From an uncultured Clostridia bacterium (GTDB taxonomy: Bacteria; Bacillota; Clostridia; Christensenellales; UBA1242), in assembly GCA_947053595.1 (NCBI GenBank), contig CAMRSX010000005.1:5212-69211 (forward strand): a DNA stretch of 64,000 bases. The letters run 5' to 3'. The notes under the pieces are model-generated. The model was not told the origin of the DNA. It made no database searches and saw only the letters and a program-made list of their open reading frames with translations. Below, piece after piece: positions 19,707 to 29,815 of the stretch. Positions within the stretch are counted from its first letter, which is position 1; each line of letters begins with the position of its first letter. A program made the translations under genes and the position numbers.

Positions 19707-20672
19707 ATGAGTTTTTCAAGAGAGACAAAAGAAGAGTTGCTGTTGCAAAGCATTGAGGACGACACCACCGCCCTTGCTTTTTTGTCGGGGCTTTTTCATT
19801 CGGCAGGTCAGATTTCAAAAACTGGCAGCAAAATTTGCATCAAAATTGTGTCGGATGTGGAAAGTTTGTTTCCTTATTTGCAAAATTTGGTGAAAAAGTT
19901 TTATGGCGACGAAGTGAAGATGGAAATTTCGGAAAGCTATAACATAAACAAAAACACATATTATGAAATTTCTTTTGATGTTGAAAAATTTAAAACCCTT
20001 CTTTTGGATGCGGGTGTGTTGGACTTTGGAGATGATGGGCTTTCTTTCAGATTTGAAATCGACAAAAATTTGCTGCACGAAGATGAAAACAGGCGTGCCT
20101 TCATCAAGGGGGTGTACATTGGCTCCAGCACTTCCAGCATCAAACTTTCCAGCGACTGTGCACAAAGCTGCGGCAGCGGCTATCATTTGGAGTTTGTTTC
20201 GCAAAGTCACAACTTTTTGGTGGAGCTTTCGCACATCTTGGCAGAATATTCCATCATTGGCAAAATCTTCGAGCGCAAAAACTCTTTTGTGCTTTACATC
20301 AAGGATGCCACTTCCATTCAAGACCTCTTGGCGCTTATGGGTGCAAACAACGCGGTGATGGCGCTTTCAAACGAAATTGTCACGCGGGAGCTTCGTAACA
20401 AGGTTAATCGTCAGGTGAATTGCATCAACGCCAACATCAACAAAACGGTGGAGGCAAGTTTGAAGCAAATCAACGCCATAAAGCTGATTGAAAGCACCAT
20501 CGGGCTGGAAAGTTTGCCAGAAGATTTGCAGGAAGTGGCGGTTTTGCGGCTGGCAAATCCGGAGGAGAGCTTGGACGAGCTGTTGAAGCTTTCCACCATC
20601 GAGCTCACCCGTTCGGGGCTGAATCACCGCTTTAGAAAGCTTATTAAAATTGCCTCAAATTTGGAAGAATGA
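19707..20672 (+). CDS. whiA: DNA-binding protein WhiA
   Basis: MSFSRETKEELL..., LAGLIDADG-like middle domain, C-terminal HTH ...LTRSGLNHRFRKL. Confidence 0.93.
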   Translation: MSFSRETKEELLLQSIEDDTTALAFLSGLFHSAGQISKTGSKICIKIVSDVESLFPYLQNLVKKFYGDEVKMEISESYNINKNTYYEISFDVEKFKTLLLDAGVLDFGDDGLSFRFEIDKNLLHEDENRRAFIKGVYIGSSTSSIKLSSDCAQSCGSGYHLEFVSQSHNFLVELSHILAEYSIIGKIFERKNSFVLYIKDATSIQDLLALMGANNAVMALSNEIVTRELRNKVNRQVNCINANINKTVEASLKQINAIKLIESTIGLESLPEDLQEVAVLRLANPEESLDELLKLSTIELTRSGLNHRFRKLIKIASNLEE

Positions 20673-20715
20673 TTTTTATTGAAAATGCCCACGGGGCACT
20701 GACCATGGAGGAAAG

Positions 20716-23700
20716 ATGAAAGAATTTGTTCATTTACACGTGCATACGGAATATTCGCTTTTGGACGGCGTTGCCAGAATCAAAAAACTGGTGGAGATGA
20801 CCAAAGAGCGGGGGCAACGCGCAGTTGCAATCACCGACCATGGCAACATGTATGGCACGCTGCAATTTTTTGAAGAGTGCATTAAGCTGGGCGTGAAACC
20901 CATCTTGGGCTGCGAATTTTATGTTTGCAACGACCTTCACAACAAGCAAGGAAAGTCCGACACAGGTCACCTCATTTTGCTTGCCAAAAACAATGAGGGC
21001 TATGCCAATTTGATGAAGCTGAACGAAATTGCCTTTTGTGAGGGGTTTTATTACAAGCCAAGAATTGACTATAAAACATTGGCGCAGCACTCCAAGGGTG
21101 TGATTTGTCTTTCTGCATGCATTGCGGGGCACATTCCTTCCCTCATTTTGCAGCGTCGTTTTGACGAAGCCGAGGCGTTGACACTTTCGCTTAAGGACAT
21201 GTTTGACGAGGGCGATTTTTATTTTGAAATTCAAGACCACGGCTTGGAAGAGCAGAAGATTGTCAATCAACATCTGGTGAAGATGTCCAAAAAGTTTGGC
21301 ATTAAGCTTGTTGCAACAAACGACGTGCATTATCTCAACAAAGAAGACGCCGAAATGCAGGATGTCTTGATGTGCGTGCAGATGGGGAAATATTTGGATG
21401 ATGAAGACCGCATGAAGTTTTCCACCGACGAGTTTTATCTCAAAACCTATGACCAAATGTTGGAGGCGTTGCCGGGATTTGAAGAGGCGCTTGACACCAC
21501 GCTGGAAATTGCAGACAAGTGCAATGTTGTCATAAAGACAAAATCGCTGGGCGAAACCTATGGCGTGGACGAAAAATATGCGCTGGCAGCAACTGAGAAC
21601 TTAATTCCTGTTTACAAAACCAGCACCGGAGAAGAGCCTTATGAGTTTTTGAGAAGAATTTCTTATGAAGGTCTGCACAAAAAATATAAAGAGGTGACGC
21701 AAGAGCTGATTGACCGATTGGAAATGGAACTTGGCATCATTCACGAGCAAGGCTTTGTGGAATATTTCTTGATTGTGTGGGATTACATCAACTATGCCAA
21801 CGAAACTGGCATCCCTGTTGGACCAGGAAGAGGAAGCGGCGCGGGAAGTTTGGTGGCATACACTTCTGGCATCACGCGCGTGGACCCAATGAAATATAAC
21901 TTATTCTTCGAGCGTTTCATCAACCGCGAGCGCGTTTCCATGCCCGACTTTGACGTGGATTTTTGCATGGACAGACGCGGCGAGGTTATTGAATATGTCA
22001 AGCAAAGATATGGTGCCGACCATGTTGCTGGCATTGGCACCTTTGGATGTATGCAAGCAAAAAATGCCATTCGAGATGTTGCCAGAGTTTTGAGAACGCC
22101 AATTCCGGAGGTGATGAAAATCACCAAACTCATACCGGGGAAGTTGCCGGACGGCATCAAAAAGCCACCAGTTTTGAAATATTATTTTGGCACCACGGGC
22201 AAGCCCGAAAATGACAAATTCATCATTCCAGAACTGAGGGAGATGTATGAAATCGACCCAAGCATAAGAAAAATTGCAGACATTGCCATCAAATTGGAAG
22301 GCGTGCCAAGAAACGTTTCGCAGCACGCGTGCGGCGTTTTGATTTCGCCAGAAGCTGTGGCAAACTATGTGCCTGTTGCCAAGACGGACGACGAGCGCAT
22401 CACGCAATACAGTATGATTGAGCTGGAGCATCTTGGGCTTTTGAAAATGGATTTTTTGGGCTTAAGAACGCTGACAGACATCAAAAAAGCGTGTGACTAT
22501 GTTTATGAAAATCATGGGGTGAAACTGGATTTTTACAACATGGACTATGACGACGAGAATGTGTTTGCCCTGATTGCTGCCGGAAAGACGGACGCGGTTT
22601 TTCAACTTGAAAGCGCAGGCATGAAGAAGTTCATGAAAGAGCTTAAGCCAACCTGCTTGGAAGATATCATTGCGGGTGTGTCACTTTATCGTCCGGGGCC
22701 CATGGATTCCATTCCAAAATTTGTGCAAAACAAACAAGACCCTTCCAAGGTGACCTATGCCGACCCTTGCCTTGAAAACATTTTGGATGTCACCTATGGA
22801 TGCATTGTATATCAAGAACAGGTTATGAAAATTGTGCAAGTTATGGCGGGCTACAGCATGGGGCAGGCGGACAACATCCGCCGCATTATGGGCAAAAAGC
22901 AAGTGGACAAAATTGACCAAGAGCGCGGGAAGTTTGTCAATGGTTGGACAGACCCAGCTGGAAAGAAAAGCATTCCGGGCGCAGTTAATTTGGGACATGA
23001 CCGCGATGTTGCAGAGAAAATTTTTGACGAGATGAAAGAATTTGCCAAATATGCGTTCAACAAATCGCATGCCGCTGCTTATGCATACATTTCATATCAA
23101 ACTGCTTATTTGAAGTGCTATTATGAAACAGAGTTCATCACCGCTGTTTTGAATGACAGAATCAACAACGGGGACGACATCAAAAAATATGTCACCTTTG
23201 CCACCAGTGAAGGCATTAAGGTTTTGCCTCCAGACATCAACAAATCGTTTGCCTTCTTTCGTGTTGAAGACAACTCCATCCGCTTTGGACTTGGCGGCTT
23301 GAAGCATGTGGGAGTGGCGCTGACGGAAGCCATAATTGACGAAAGACAAAAGAATGGCACCTTCAAGGGCTTTGATGACTTCATTTCAAGAACGGTGCAA
23401 GCGGGCATCATCAACAAAAAAGCCATCGAATGTTTGATTTTCAGCGGGGCGTTTGACTGCTTTGGCAAGACGCGTTCGCAATATATGGCGGTTTATGAGA
23501 CACTTGTGGAAAGAGCCAATAAAGACAAAAAAAGCAATACGCTTGGGCAAATTTCTTTCTTTGGCGAAAATCAGCTTGAAGACATGGTTGTATATCCAGA
23601 CTTGAAAGAATTCAACAAAAAAACATTGCTTAAAAACGAGCGTGACATCGTTGGTGTTTACATGTCGGGGCATCCGCTGCAAGATTATAAGAAAAAGTTT

Positions 23701-24312
23701 GAAGATTTCACTCTGACATCAGACATGCTGGTGGCGGCGGACGAGGGCGAAAACTTTGAGGAAGGTGAGTTTTCTGAAGAAGAGGAAAGCTTGGATTTGG
23801 GCTTCACTGACGGGCAACCATTTGTGTGCGGAGGCATCTTGACAGAGGTCAACCGTAAGCGCTCCAAAAACGGACGAGAGATGTGCTATTTGAAATTGGA
23901 AGATTTGAAAGGCACCATGGAAATCACGTTGTTTTCAAATGCCTATGGAAAATATCGTCATCTTTTGGAAGAGGACAATCTTGTCACCATCAAGGGCAGA
24001 ATAAACTTGCGCGATGGCATGGCTCCATCTGCTGTTGGAGAGGTTGTCATCCTTTGGAAGGACGACGAAGAAAAACCAGAAGCAGCGGCGTCAAAGCAGC
24101 GCTTGTGCCTGAGATTTGACACCAAAAATCCTGATTTATACAGCAAGGTTAAAGCTTCCATCGCGTCCTATCCGGGCGATACAACAATTTACATCAAGTG
24201 CTCGTCATCTGACAAGGCGTTTGTATATCAAGACAAAGTTAAAATCAACAACTATCTCATCAACGAGCTTTCAGGCATAATTGGCAACGAGAATATTGTG
24301 GTTCAGGGCTAA
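20716..24312 (+). CDS. dnaE: DNA polymerase III subunit alpha
   Basis: PHP N-terminus FVHLHVHTEYSLLDG, PDFDVDF catalytic motif, 1198 aa. Confidence 0.97.
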   Translation: MKEFVHLHVHTEYSLLDGVARIKKLVEMTKERGQRAVAITDHGNMYGTLQFFEECIKLGVKPILGCEFYVCNDLHNKQGKSDTGHLILLAKNNEGYANLMKLNEIAFCEGFYYKPRIDYKTLAQHSKGVICLSACIAGHIPSLILQRRFDEAEALTLSLKDMFDEGDFYFEIQDHGLEEQKIVNQHLVKMSKKFGIKLVATNDVHYLNKEDAEMQDVLMCVQMGKYLDDEDRMKFSTDEFYLKTYDQMLEALPGFEEALDTTLEIADKCNVVIKTKSLGETYGVDEKYALAATENLIPVYKTSTGEEPYEFLRRISYEGLHKKYKEVTQELIDRLEMELGIIHEQGFVEYFLIVWDYINYANETGIPVGPGRGSGAGSLVAYTSGITRVDPMKYNLFFERFINRERVSMPDFDVDFCMDRRGEVIEYVKQRYGADHVAGIGTFGCMQAKNAIRDVARVLRTPIPEVMKITKLIPGKLPDGIKKPPVLKYYFGTTGKPENDKFIIPELREMYEIDPSIRKIADIAIKLEGVPRNVSQHACGVLISPEAVANYVPVAKTDDERITQYSMIELEHLGLLKMDFLGLRTLTDIKKACDYVYENHGVKLDFYNMDYDDENVFALIAAGKTDAVFQLESAGMKKFMKELKPTCLEDIIAGVSLYRPGPMDSIPKFVQNKQDPSKVTYADPCLENILDVTYGCIVYQEQVMKIVQVMAGYSMGQADNIRRIMGKKQVDKIDQERGKFVNGWTDPAGKKSIPGAVNLGHDRDVAEKIFDEMKEFAKYAFNKSHAAAYAYISYQTAYLKCYYETEFITAVLNDRINNGDDIKKYVTFATSEGIKVLPPDINKSFAFFRVEDNSIRFGLGGLKHVGVALTEAIIDERQKNGTFKGFDDFISRTVQAGIINKKAIECLIFSGAFDCFGKTRSQYMAVYETLVERANKDKKSNTLGQISFFGENQLEDMVVYPDLKEFNKKTLLKNERDIVGVYMSGHPLQDYKKKFEDFTLTSDMLVAADEGENFEEGEFSEEEESLDLGFTDGQPFVCGGILTEVNRKRSKNGREMCYLKLEDLKGTMEITLFSNAYGKYRHLLEEDNLVTIKGRINLRDGMAPSAVGEVVILWKDDEEKPEAAASKQRLCLRFDTKNPDLYSKVKASIASYPGDTTIYIKCSSSDKAFVYQDKVKINNYLINELSGIIGNENIVVQG

Positions 24313-24422
24313 AAAAAAATGTAAGCGCGTTTGCAGCTTGCGCAAAACAAAGGCAAAGCATGAAAAACCCAAATGCCAAAAACTTGCGCAAAAAGGCACA
24401 AAAAAAATATAAAAATCCACAC

Positions 24423-24450
24423 AAAAAAATGAGGTTTGCCTCATTTTTTT
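24423..24450. terminator. bidirectional terminator
   Basis: AAAAAAATGAGG-TTTG-CCTCATTTTTTT. Confidence 0.85.
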
Positions 24451-24474
24451 GTTTTTGTTTTCGCTTTTGTTTTG

Positions 24475-25191
24475 TTAACCCAGCAAGATTTTGCAATAGC
24501 TGAGTTTAATCAGCGAAGAGAAGGTTTGTGTTTCGCATACATAGTCTTCTGCAATCAGCTTTGAAAGCTGGCTTTGGATGCTTTCCAGTTCTTTGGAAAT
24601 AATTTGCAAATCTTTGTTTCCAAACATGGTTTCAAAATTTGCCTTGGTGGTGACAAAGCCAGAATATATGTTGTTGCACTCCAATTTTGCTTTGGTGGTG
24701 TCAAGCACGGCGGTGTCCAAACTGATGGCAACATCATAAAGCTTTTTGAAGGTTTGATATTTTGCCTTCAGGCAATCATTCAAAACGGTTTTCTCTTCGC
24801 CAGAAAAGTTGCCTTCCAGTTTGATTTGCGAAGTTTTAACCGTCACAATTTCGCTGGCGGTGCCTTGATTTTGAAGGTTGTCTTTCACATGCTCGGCATC
24901 GGCTTTGTTTTCATATATGCTTGCAATCAGGTGAAATTTGTTGTCCAACTGGCAAACAAAACCTGCGCCGTTTTGTGCTTGCAAACTGGCAGACAAACTT
25001 TCAAGCTGCTGGGCACTTTCGTTGCTTGCCATGGAGATGGCATAAAATTGCTGCTGATTGTTGTTGACAGTTGTGGTGGTGGAAAACAGTCCGGTTGAAA
25101 TCAGCACATTGGAGAAAAACCAACCGCACGAAACGCAGCAGCAAACTCCAAAAAAAATCAGTAAGGTTGAAAGAATGGAAAACTTTTTCAT
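24475..25191 (-). CDS. membrane-anchored protein with SPOR-like domain (putative)
   Basis: N-terminal TM MKKFSILSTLLIFFGVCCC. FYAISMASNES...GAGFVCQLDNKFHLIASIYENKADAEHVKDNL resembles a SPOR repeat. Confidence 0.5.
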   Translation of the reverse strand: MKKFSILSTLLIFFGVCCCVSCGWFFSNVLISTGLFSTTTTVNNNQQQFYAISMASNESAQQLESLSASLQAQNGAGFVCQLDNKFHLIASIYENKADAEHVKDNLQNQGTASEIVTVKTSQIKLEGNFSGEEKTVLNDCLKAKYQTFKKLYDVAISLDTAVLDTTKAKLECNNIYSGFVTTKANFETMFGNKDLQIISKELESIQSQLSKLIAEDYVCETQTFSSLIKLSYCKILLG

Positions 25192-25287
25192 GCTGTATTA
25201 TATTTTTGCTTTTGGGCTTATATGAATCAAAAAATTTTGCTGCACAATTTGTTTTTAAAAATAACTTTTTTCTGATATAATAAAAAC

Positions 25288-26136
25288 ATGAGAAATTTTC
25301 TTAAATTTTCCAGCAGAAAACCCAAGATTGGTGTGGCGTTTGGAGGCGGCGGCGCAAGAGGAATGTCACATATTGGGGTGATTAAGGCGTTTGAAGAGTT
25401 TGGTCTTGAGTTTGACTATGTTGCTGGCACAAGCGTGGGCAGCTTGATTGGCAGCGCCTATGCCAATGGTATGACAAGTGAAGAGCTTTATGTGATTGCA
25501 AAAAAGTTGAAGGTGAGTGACATTCGCACCAACAAGTTGTTTTTCATGCCTTCCAAAACAGAGGGGCTGGAAAGGTTGATTGTGGACACCTTTGGCGACA
25601 TCAACATTGAAGACCTTGCCAAGCCTTTTTCTGCGGTGGCGGTGGACATCAAAACAACAAAAGAAATTTGCATCAGTCATGGCAACCTTGCCAAGGCGGT
25701 GGCTGGCAGCTGCTGCGTTCCGGGAATTTTTCAGCCAGTGGAGTTTGACGACAAACTGCTTTGCGATGGAGGGCTGCAAAACAACATTCCTGCCAACATT
25801 CCAAGATATTTTGGCTGCGACTATGTGATTGCGGTGGACTGCAACAGCACCCGCATTTATGGCACCGAAAGCACAAAGGTTTTGGATGTGCTTGGATGTG
25901 CGCTTAGGACGCTTATGAAAAGTAACTCCATCAAAGGCTATATGTGTGCCGACCTCACCATTGCCACCGATAACAAGAGGTTTAAATCCACCAAACTTGT
26001 GGGCATTGATGAAATGGTGGAGCAAGGCTATCAAAATGCCATTGACATGATGCCGCAGATTATGCAGATTTTTCAGGGCAGAGTGCCAAGGAGAAAACTT
26101 AAAGACTTTGACAAGGATGACATGGAATTTATCTAA
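25288..26136 (+). CDS. patatin-like phospholipase
   Basis: GVAFGGGGARG (oxyanion), GTSVGS (GxSxG), DGG dyad. Confidence 0.88.
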   Translation: MRNFLKFSSRKPKIGVAFGGGGARGMSHIGVIKAFEEFGLEFDYVAGTSVGSLIGSAYANGMTSEELYVIAKKLKVSDIRTNKLFFMPSKTEGLERLIVDTFGDINIEDLAKPFSAVAVDIKTTKEICISHGNLAKAVAGSCCVPGIFQPVEFDDKLLCDGGLQNNIPANIPRYFGCDYVIAVDCNSTRIYGTESTKVLDVLGCALRTLMKSNSIKGYMCADLTIATDNKRFKSTKLVGIDEMVEQGYQNAIDMMPQIMQIFQGRVPRRKLKDFDKDDMEFI

Positions 26137-27230
26137 TGAAGAAATTTTTATATCGTTTTTTACAAAACCCATACAAAAACACGCTTAAAGGCATTTGCAT
26201 TGCAGTTTTTGCAGTGCTGATTTGTTTGCTGGTTCTCAATCAGGTTCCGCTTTCTTTTGCTGTCAACAAATTTAATGGGCTTGCCAAGCATGGGCTGCAG
26301 GTTTATTATATTGATGTTGGACAGGCAAGCGCAACCTTTGTTGTCATGCCAAACAATGAAACCATGCTGATTGATGCTGGCACCGAAGAAAGCGCGTCCG
26401 AGCTTGTGAAAAGCATCTCGTGGATTTTGCACAAAAACAAGCTGAAGGTCATCAATCACTTTTTGATGACACATTCGGATGCCGACCATGTTGGCGGAGC
26501 AGTGGCAGTTTTGAAAAAGTTTGAGGTGAAGAAGGCATATCGTCCAAAGGTGCTTTCCAGCAGCGAAAAGCATTCGCAATATTCTTACCAAACGGTTTAC
26601 ACCAACGCTTACAACAATACCATCAAGATGCTTTATTCCGAGCCAGATTGCGTCATCACTTTTGTGGACAACTTACATACCACTTTTGGCAAAGATTTTT
26701 CGCTTGACATCTATGCTTGCAAAAAGGAATATTATTCCGAAACCAATGCTTACAGCCCTTTCATTGTCATGGAATATGCTGGCAAAAGTTTTATGTTCAC
26801 CGGCGATGCAACCTCAGCGAGAGAAAGAGAGTTTTTGGCAGACCTTGATGGCCAGCTGCAGGTGGACTTCTTGCAGGTGGCGCATCATGGCTCAAAATAT
26901 TCTTCCACCAACGCGTTTTTGCAGGCGGTGAACCCAAAGCTGGCAATCATAAGTGCGGGAGATGACATTCATCCTGCCCAAGAGGTGATAAGCCGTCTGG
27001 AAAACTTGGGTGTGAAGGATGTTTGCGTCACCAAAGAAGTGGGCACCATTGGCATTGCTGTGAATGCCAATGGAAGCTTTTATGTTTGCGTTTGCAACAT
27101 TTTTTTGGATTTTCCTTTGATGTGCGTTTGCTTATTTCTTGCTTGCTGTGTGATTTTGGTTTTGATTGATTTGAAAAGCCCTAAAATTTTTTACGCCAAA
27201 AAGTGGCAACAACATCAAAAATGTTTGTAA
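26136..27230 (+). CDS. membrane-anchored MBL-fold hydrolase (ComEC C-terminal-domain-like)
   Basis: YYIDVGQASATFV...LMTHSDADHVGG...FTGDA...VAHHGS, with N- and C-terminal TM segments. Confidence 0.8.
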   Translation: MKKFLYRFLQNPYKNTLKGICIAVFAVLICLLVLNQVPLSFAVNKFNGLAKHGLQVYYIDVGQASATFVVMPNNETMLIDAGTEESASELVKSISWILHKNKLKVINHFLMTHSDADHVGGAVAVLKKFEVKKAYRPKVLSSSEKHSQYSYQTVYTNAYNNTIKMLYSEPDCVITFVDNLHTTFGKDFSLDIYACKKEYYSETNAYSPFIVMEYAGKSFMFTGDATSAREREFLADLDGQLQVDFLQVAHHGSKYSSTNAFLQAVNPKLAIISAGDDIHPAQEVISRLENLGVKDVCVTKEVGTIGIAVNANGSFYVCVCNIFLDFPLMCVCLFLACCVILVLIDLKSPKIFYAKKWQQHQKCL

Positions 27231-27258
27231 TATGCAAACTTTGTGTTAAAATAAGGAT

Positions 27259-27732
27259 ATGGAAAGGAGTTTAAACAAAATCATCCTTGTGTCTTTGTGC
27301 GATGCCTTCACACGAAAAGTGGGAGAGATGTTGTCGCATGATTTGGATATGTTGTATTGTGACAGCAAAGACCTTTTGGAATATGAACTGATTGACAAAA
27401 ATGCAATAAAAAAATATTGCACGCAGCAATATCTTGAAGATGCTGAGGCGATGGTTTTTAAACACATTGCATCTTTTGAAAATGTGCTGGTTTCCATAAG
27501 TTTTGACAACCTAATTCACAATCTTGGCATATTAAAGCAAAGCAGCCTTATTGTTTTTTTGAAGGTGCCACGCCAAATGGTGGAAGAATGCAAAGAAAAA
27601 GTGAACTTGATTGCATATTCCAGTCGCAGCAAACAGCTTGGAGAAATTGCCCAAGTGTCCATTGCCATCAAAAAGACGGAAGAGAGATTTGTGTGCGACA
27701 AAATCATTGACGCACTTGGAGGAAATTTATGA
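27259..27732 (+). CDS. shikimate-kinase-like protein lacking a Walker A motif
   Basis: Collinear with AroK (…DLDMLYCDSKDLLE…VLVSISFD…LIVFLKVP), but SLCDAFTRK replaces GxxGxGKS. Confidence 0.45.
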   Translation: MERSLNKIILVSLCDAFTRKVGEMLSHDLDMLYCDSKDLLEYELIDKNAIKKYCTQQYLEDAEAMVFKHIASFENVLVSISFDNLIHNLGILKQSSLIVFLKVPRQMVEECKEKVNLIAYSSRSKQLGEIAQVSIAIKKTEERFVCDKIIDALGGNL

Positions 27733-29702
27733 AACTTGTGACAAAGGCAATCAACTATCTTAAAGCTCTGTCAGCAGAAACAATCACAAATGCAAAATCG
27801 GGACACTTGGGGGTTTGCCTTGGGGCGTCCTCAATTTTGTTTGCGCTGTTTAAGGACCATCTCAATTTTGACGTTTCAGACACCGACTTTTTAAATCGCG
27901 ACCGTTTTGTGCTGTCCGCTGGGCACGCAAGCGCGCTTTATTATTCCCTTTTGTCAATGTTTGGCTTCAACATTTCGCTGCAAGATTTGAAGGAATTCAG
28001 AAAGCTTGGCTCCAAAACACCGGGGCATCCAGAATATCGCGTCACTGAAGGCGTGGAAGTTTCCACTGGGGCGCTGGGGCAAGGCGTGGCAAATGCTGTG
28101 GGAATGGCAATTGCAGAAACGGTGATGGAAGAGCGTTTCAATACTGTGGGCTTTGACATCATCAACAACTTCACATATTGCTTTTGCGGCGATGGAGATT
28201 TGATGGAAGGCGTGGCAATGGAAGCTGTCAGCCTTGCTGGAAATTTGAAACTGAACAAACTGATTTTGCTGTATGACAGCAACGAGGTGACAAGTGACGG
28301 CTCGCTTGCTTTGTCCAACAAAGAAAACATGGCAAGAAAGTTTTCTGCCATGGGTTGGAATGTGATTAGGGTGCCACATGGAAACAGCTATTTCTTTTGC
28401 TCTCATGCCATTGCAAGTGCAAAGAAAAGCAAAAAGCCAACCATAATCATTTTCAGTACCACCATTGGCATTGGCACGCAAAAAGAGGGCACATCTGCTG
28501 TGCACGGCGCCGTGCTTTCAGAGCAAGAACTGGCATCCTTCAAGGCAAAACTGTCTGTTAAGGAAAGCTTTTTCATTCCAAGTGATGTGCGAGAACTTTG
28601 CATGGCAAGCACCAGAAAAGGCAAGCTTAATCACGAAAAGTGGAATCAAAACCTTGCAATGTATTCCAGCACTCATCCCGAGCTTTACAAATCGCTGATG
28701 GCATTTTTTGACAGGAAAAAGATAAATTTTGAGCGAATTATGCGCAATATTGCAAAATATGACGGACAAAGCACGCGAGAAATCAATCATCATGCGTTGA
28801 GTGAGCTGGCATATCAGTGCCCACAACTCATCGGCGGCACTGCCGACCTTGCGCCTTCCACGAGGGCATACATTGACAATGCGGGCAACTTCTCTGCGGG
28901 CTATAGGCGAGGCAAAAACATCCACTTTGGCATCAGAGAGCACGCAATGTCTGCCGTTGCAAACGGAATTGCGCTTTATGAAGATTTCATCACCTTTGAC
29001 AGCACGTTTCTTGCTTTTGCCAACTATTGCTTGCCTGCTTTGCGAATGCGCTGCGCAATGAAGGCGCCTGTCATGTCCTTCTTCACCCACGACAGCATTG
29101 CAGTGGGCAAAGATGGCACTTCGCATCAGGCGATTGAGCAGTTGGGGCAGCTGAGAAGCTTGATTGGCAACACAGTTTTCAGGCCTTGTGACTTCAAAGA
29201 ACTGGTGGCAGGATATTGCGTGTGCTTGAGAGATTTTTTGCCTGTGACGTTTGCGCTTTCAAGGCAAGACATACTTCAGGTGGAAGGCACATCTTTTGAA
29301 GGGGCGCTTATGGGCGGATATCTTTTGCAAAACACAGCAGCCAAGCCAAAGGTTGTGATTGTTGCCACAGGCACAGAGGTTCCGCTTGCTGCAAAGGTGG
29401 CAAAAGAGCTTGGCAAAAAACATGCAGTGAACTTGGTTTCCATGCCTTGCATCGAGCTGTTTGAAAAACAGACAACCGCATACAAAAACAAGGTTGTCAG
29501 CAAGGATGCAGATTTGGTGCTGGTGATTGAGGCAAGCAATGACACCAAGTGGTTTAAGCTTTTTGGCAACTGCAGTATGTTTGGCGTTGAGGATTTTCAA
29601 GGAAGCGGCGATGGCGACGAAGTTTATGAAAACGCAGGTTTTTCTGTCAAAAACATTGTTAAGTTTGCCGAATCAAAACTGAAAGAGAAAAAAGGAAAAT
29701 AA
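27729..29702 (+). CDS. tkt: transketolase
   Basis: GHLGVCLGAS...GHASALYYS...GALGQGVANAVGMA...CGDGDLMEGV... Confidence 0.95.
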   Translation: MKLVTKAINYLKALSAETITNAKSGHLGVCLGASSILFALFKDHLNFDVSDTDFLNRDRFVLSAGHASALYYSLLSMFGFNISLQDLKEFRKLGSKTPGHPEYRVTEGVEVSTGALGQGVANAVGMAIAETVMEERFNTVGFDIINNFTYCFCGDGDLMEGVAMEAVSLAGNLKLNKLILLYDSNEVTSDGSLALSNKENMARKFSAMGWNVIRVPHGNSYFFCSHAIASAKKSKKPTIIIFSTTIGIGTQKEGTSAVHGAVLSEQELASFKAKLSVKESFFIPSDVRELCMASTRKGKLNHEKWNQNLAMYSSTHPELYKSLMAFFDRKKINFERIMRNIAKYDGQSTREINHHALSELAYQCPQLIGGTADLAPSTRAYIDNAGNFSAGYRRGKNIHFGIREHAMSAVANGIALYEDFITFDSTFLAFANYCLPALRMRCAMKAPVMSFFTHDSIAVGKDGTSHQAIEQLGQLRSLIGNTVFRPCDFKELVAGYCVCLRDFLPVTFALSRQDILQVEGTSFEGALMGGYLLQNTAAKPKVVIVATGTEVPLAAKVAKELGKKHAVNLVSMPCIELFEKQTTAYKNKVVSKDADLVLVIEASNDTKWFKLFGNCSMFGVEDFQGSGDGDEVYENAGFSVKNIVKFAESKLKEKKGK

Positions 29703-29815
29703 ACAAAAGAGTTGAAAAATGTGACACAATCAGGCATTTTTCGACTTTTTTTTGTGTCACAAAACTTTCAACATAAAACCCAACTTTTTATAATAAGAAT
29801 AAAGAGAGAGGTTTT

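Noticed and set aside
20734-21456. 240-aa minus-strand ORF inside dnaE (likewise 21901-22431 and 22681-23070)
   Set aside because: It is antisense to a clearly identified DNA polymerase III alpha gene. The composition is low-complexity (H/F/L/Q-rich) and there is no SD.
25366-26172. 268-aa minus-strand ORF
   Set aside because: It is antisense to the patatin-like gene, which carries the GGGxRG / GxSxG / DGG motifs. No motif or SD on the minus frame.
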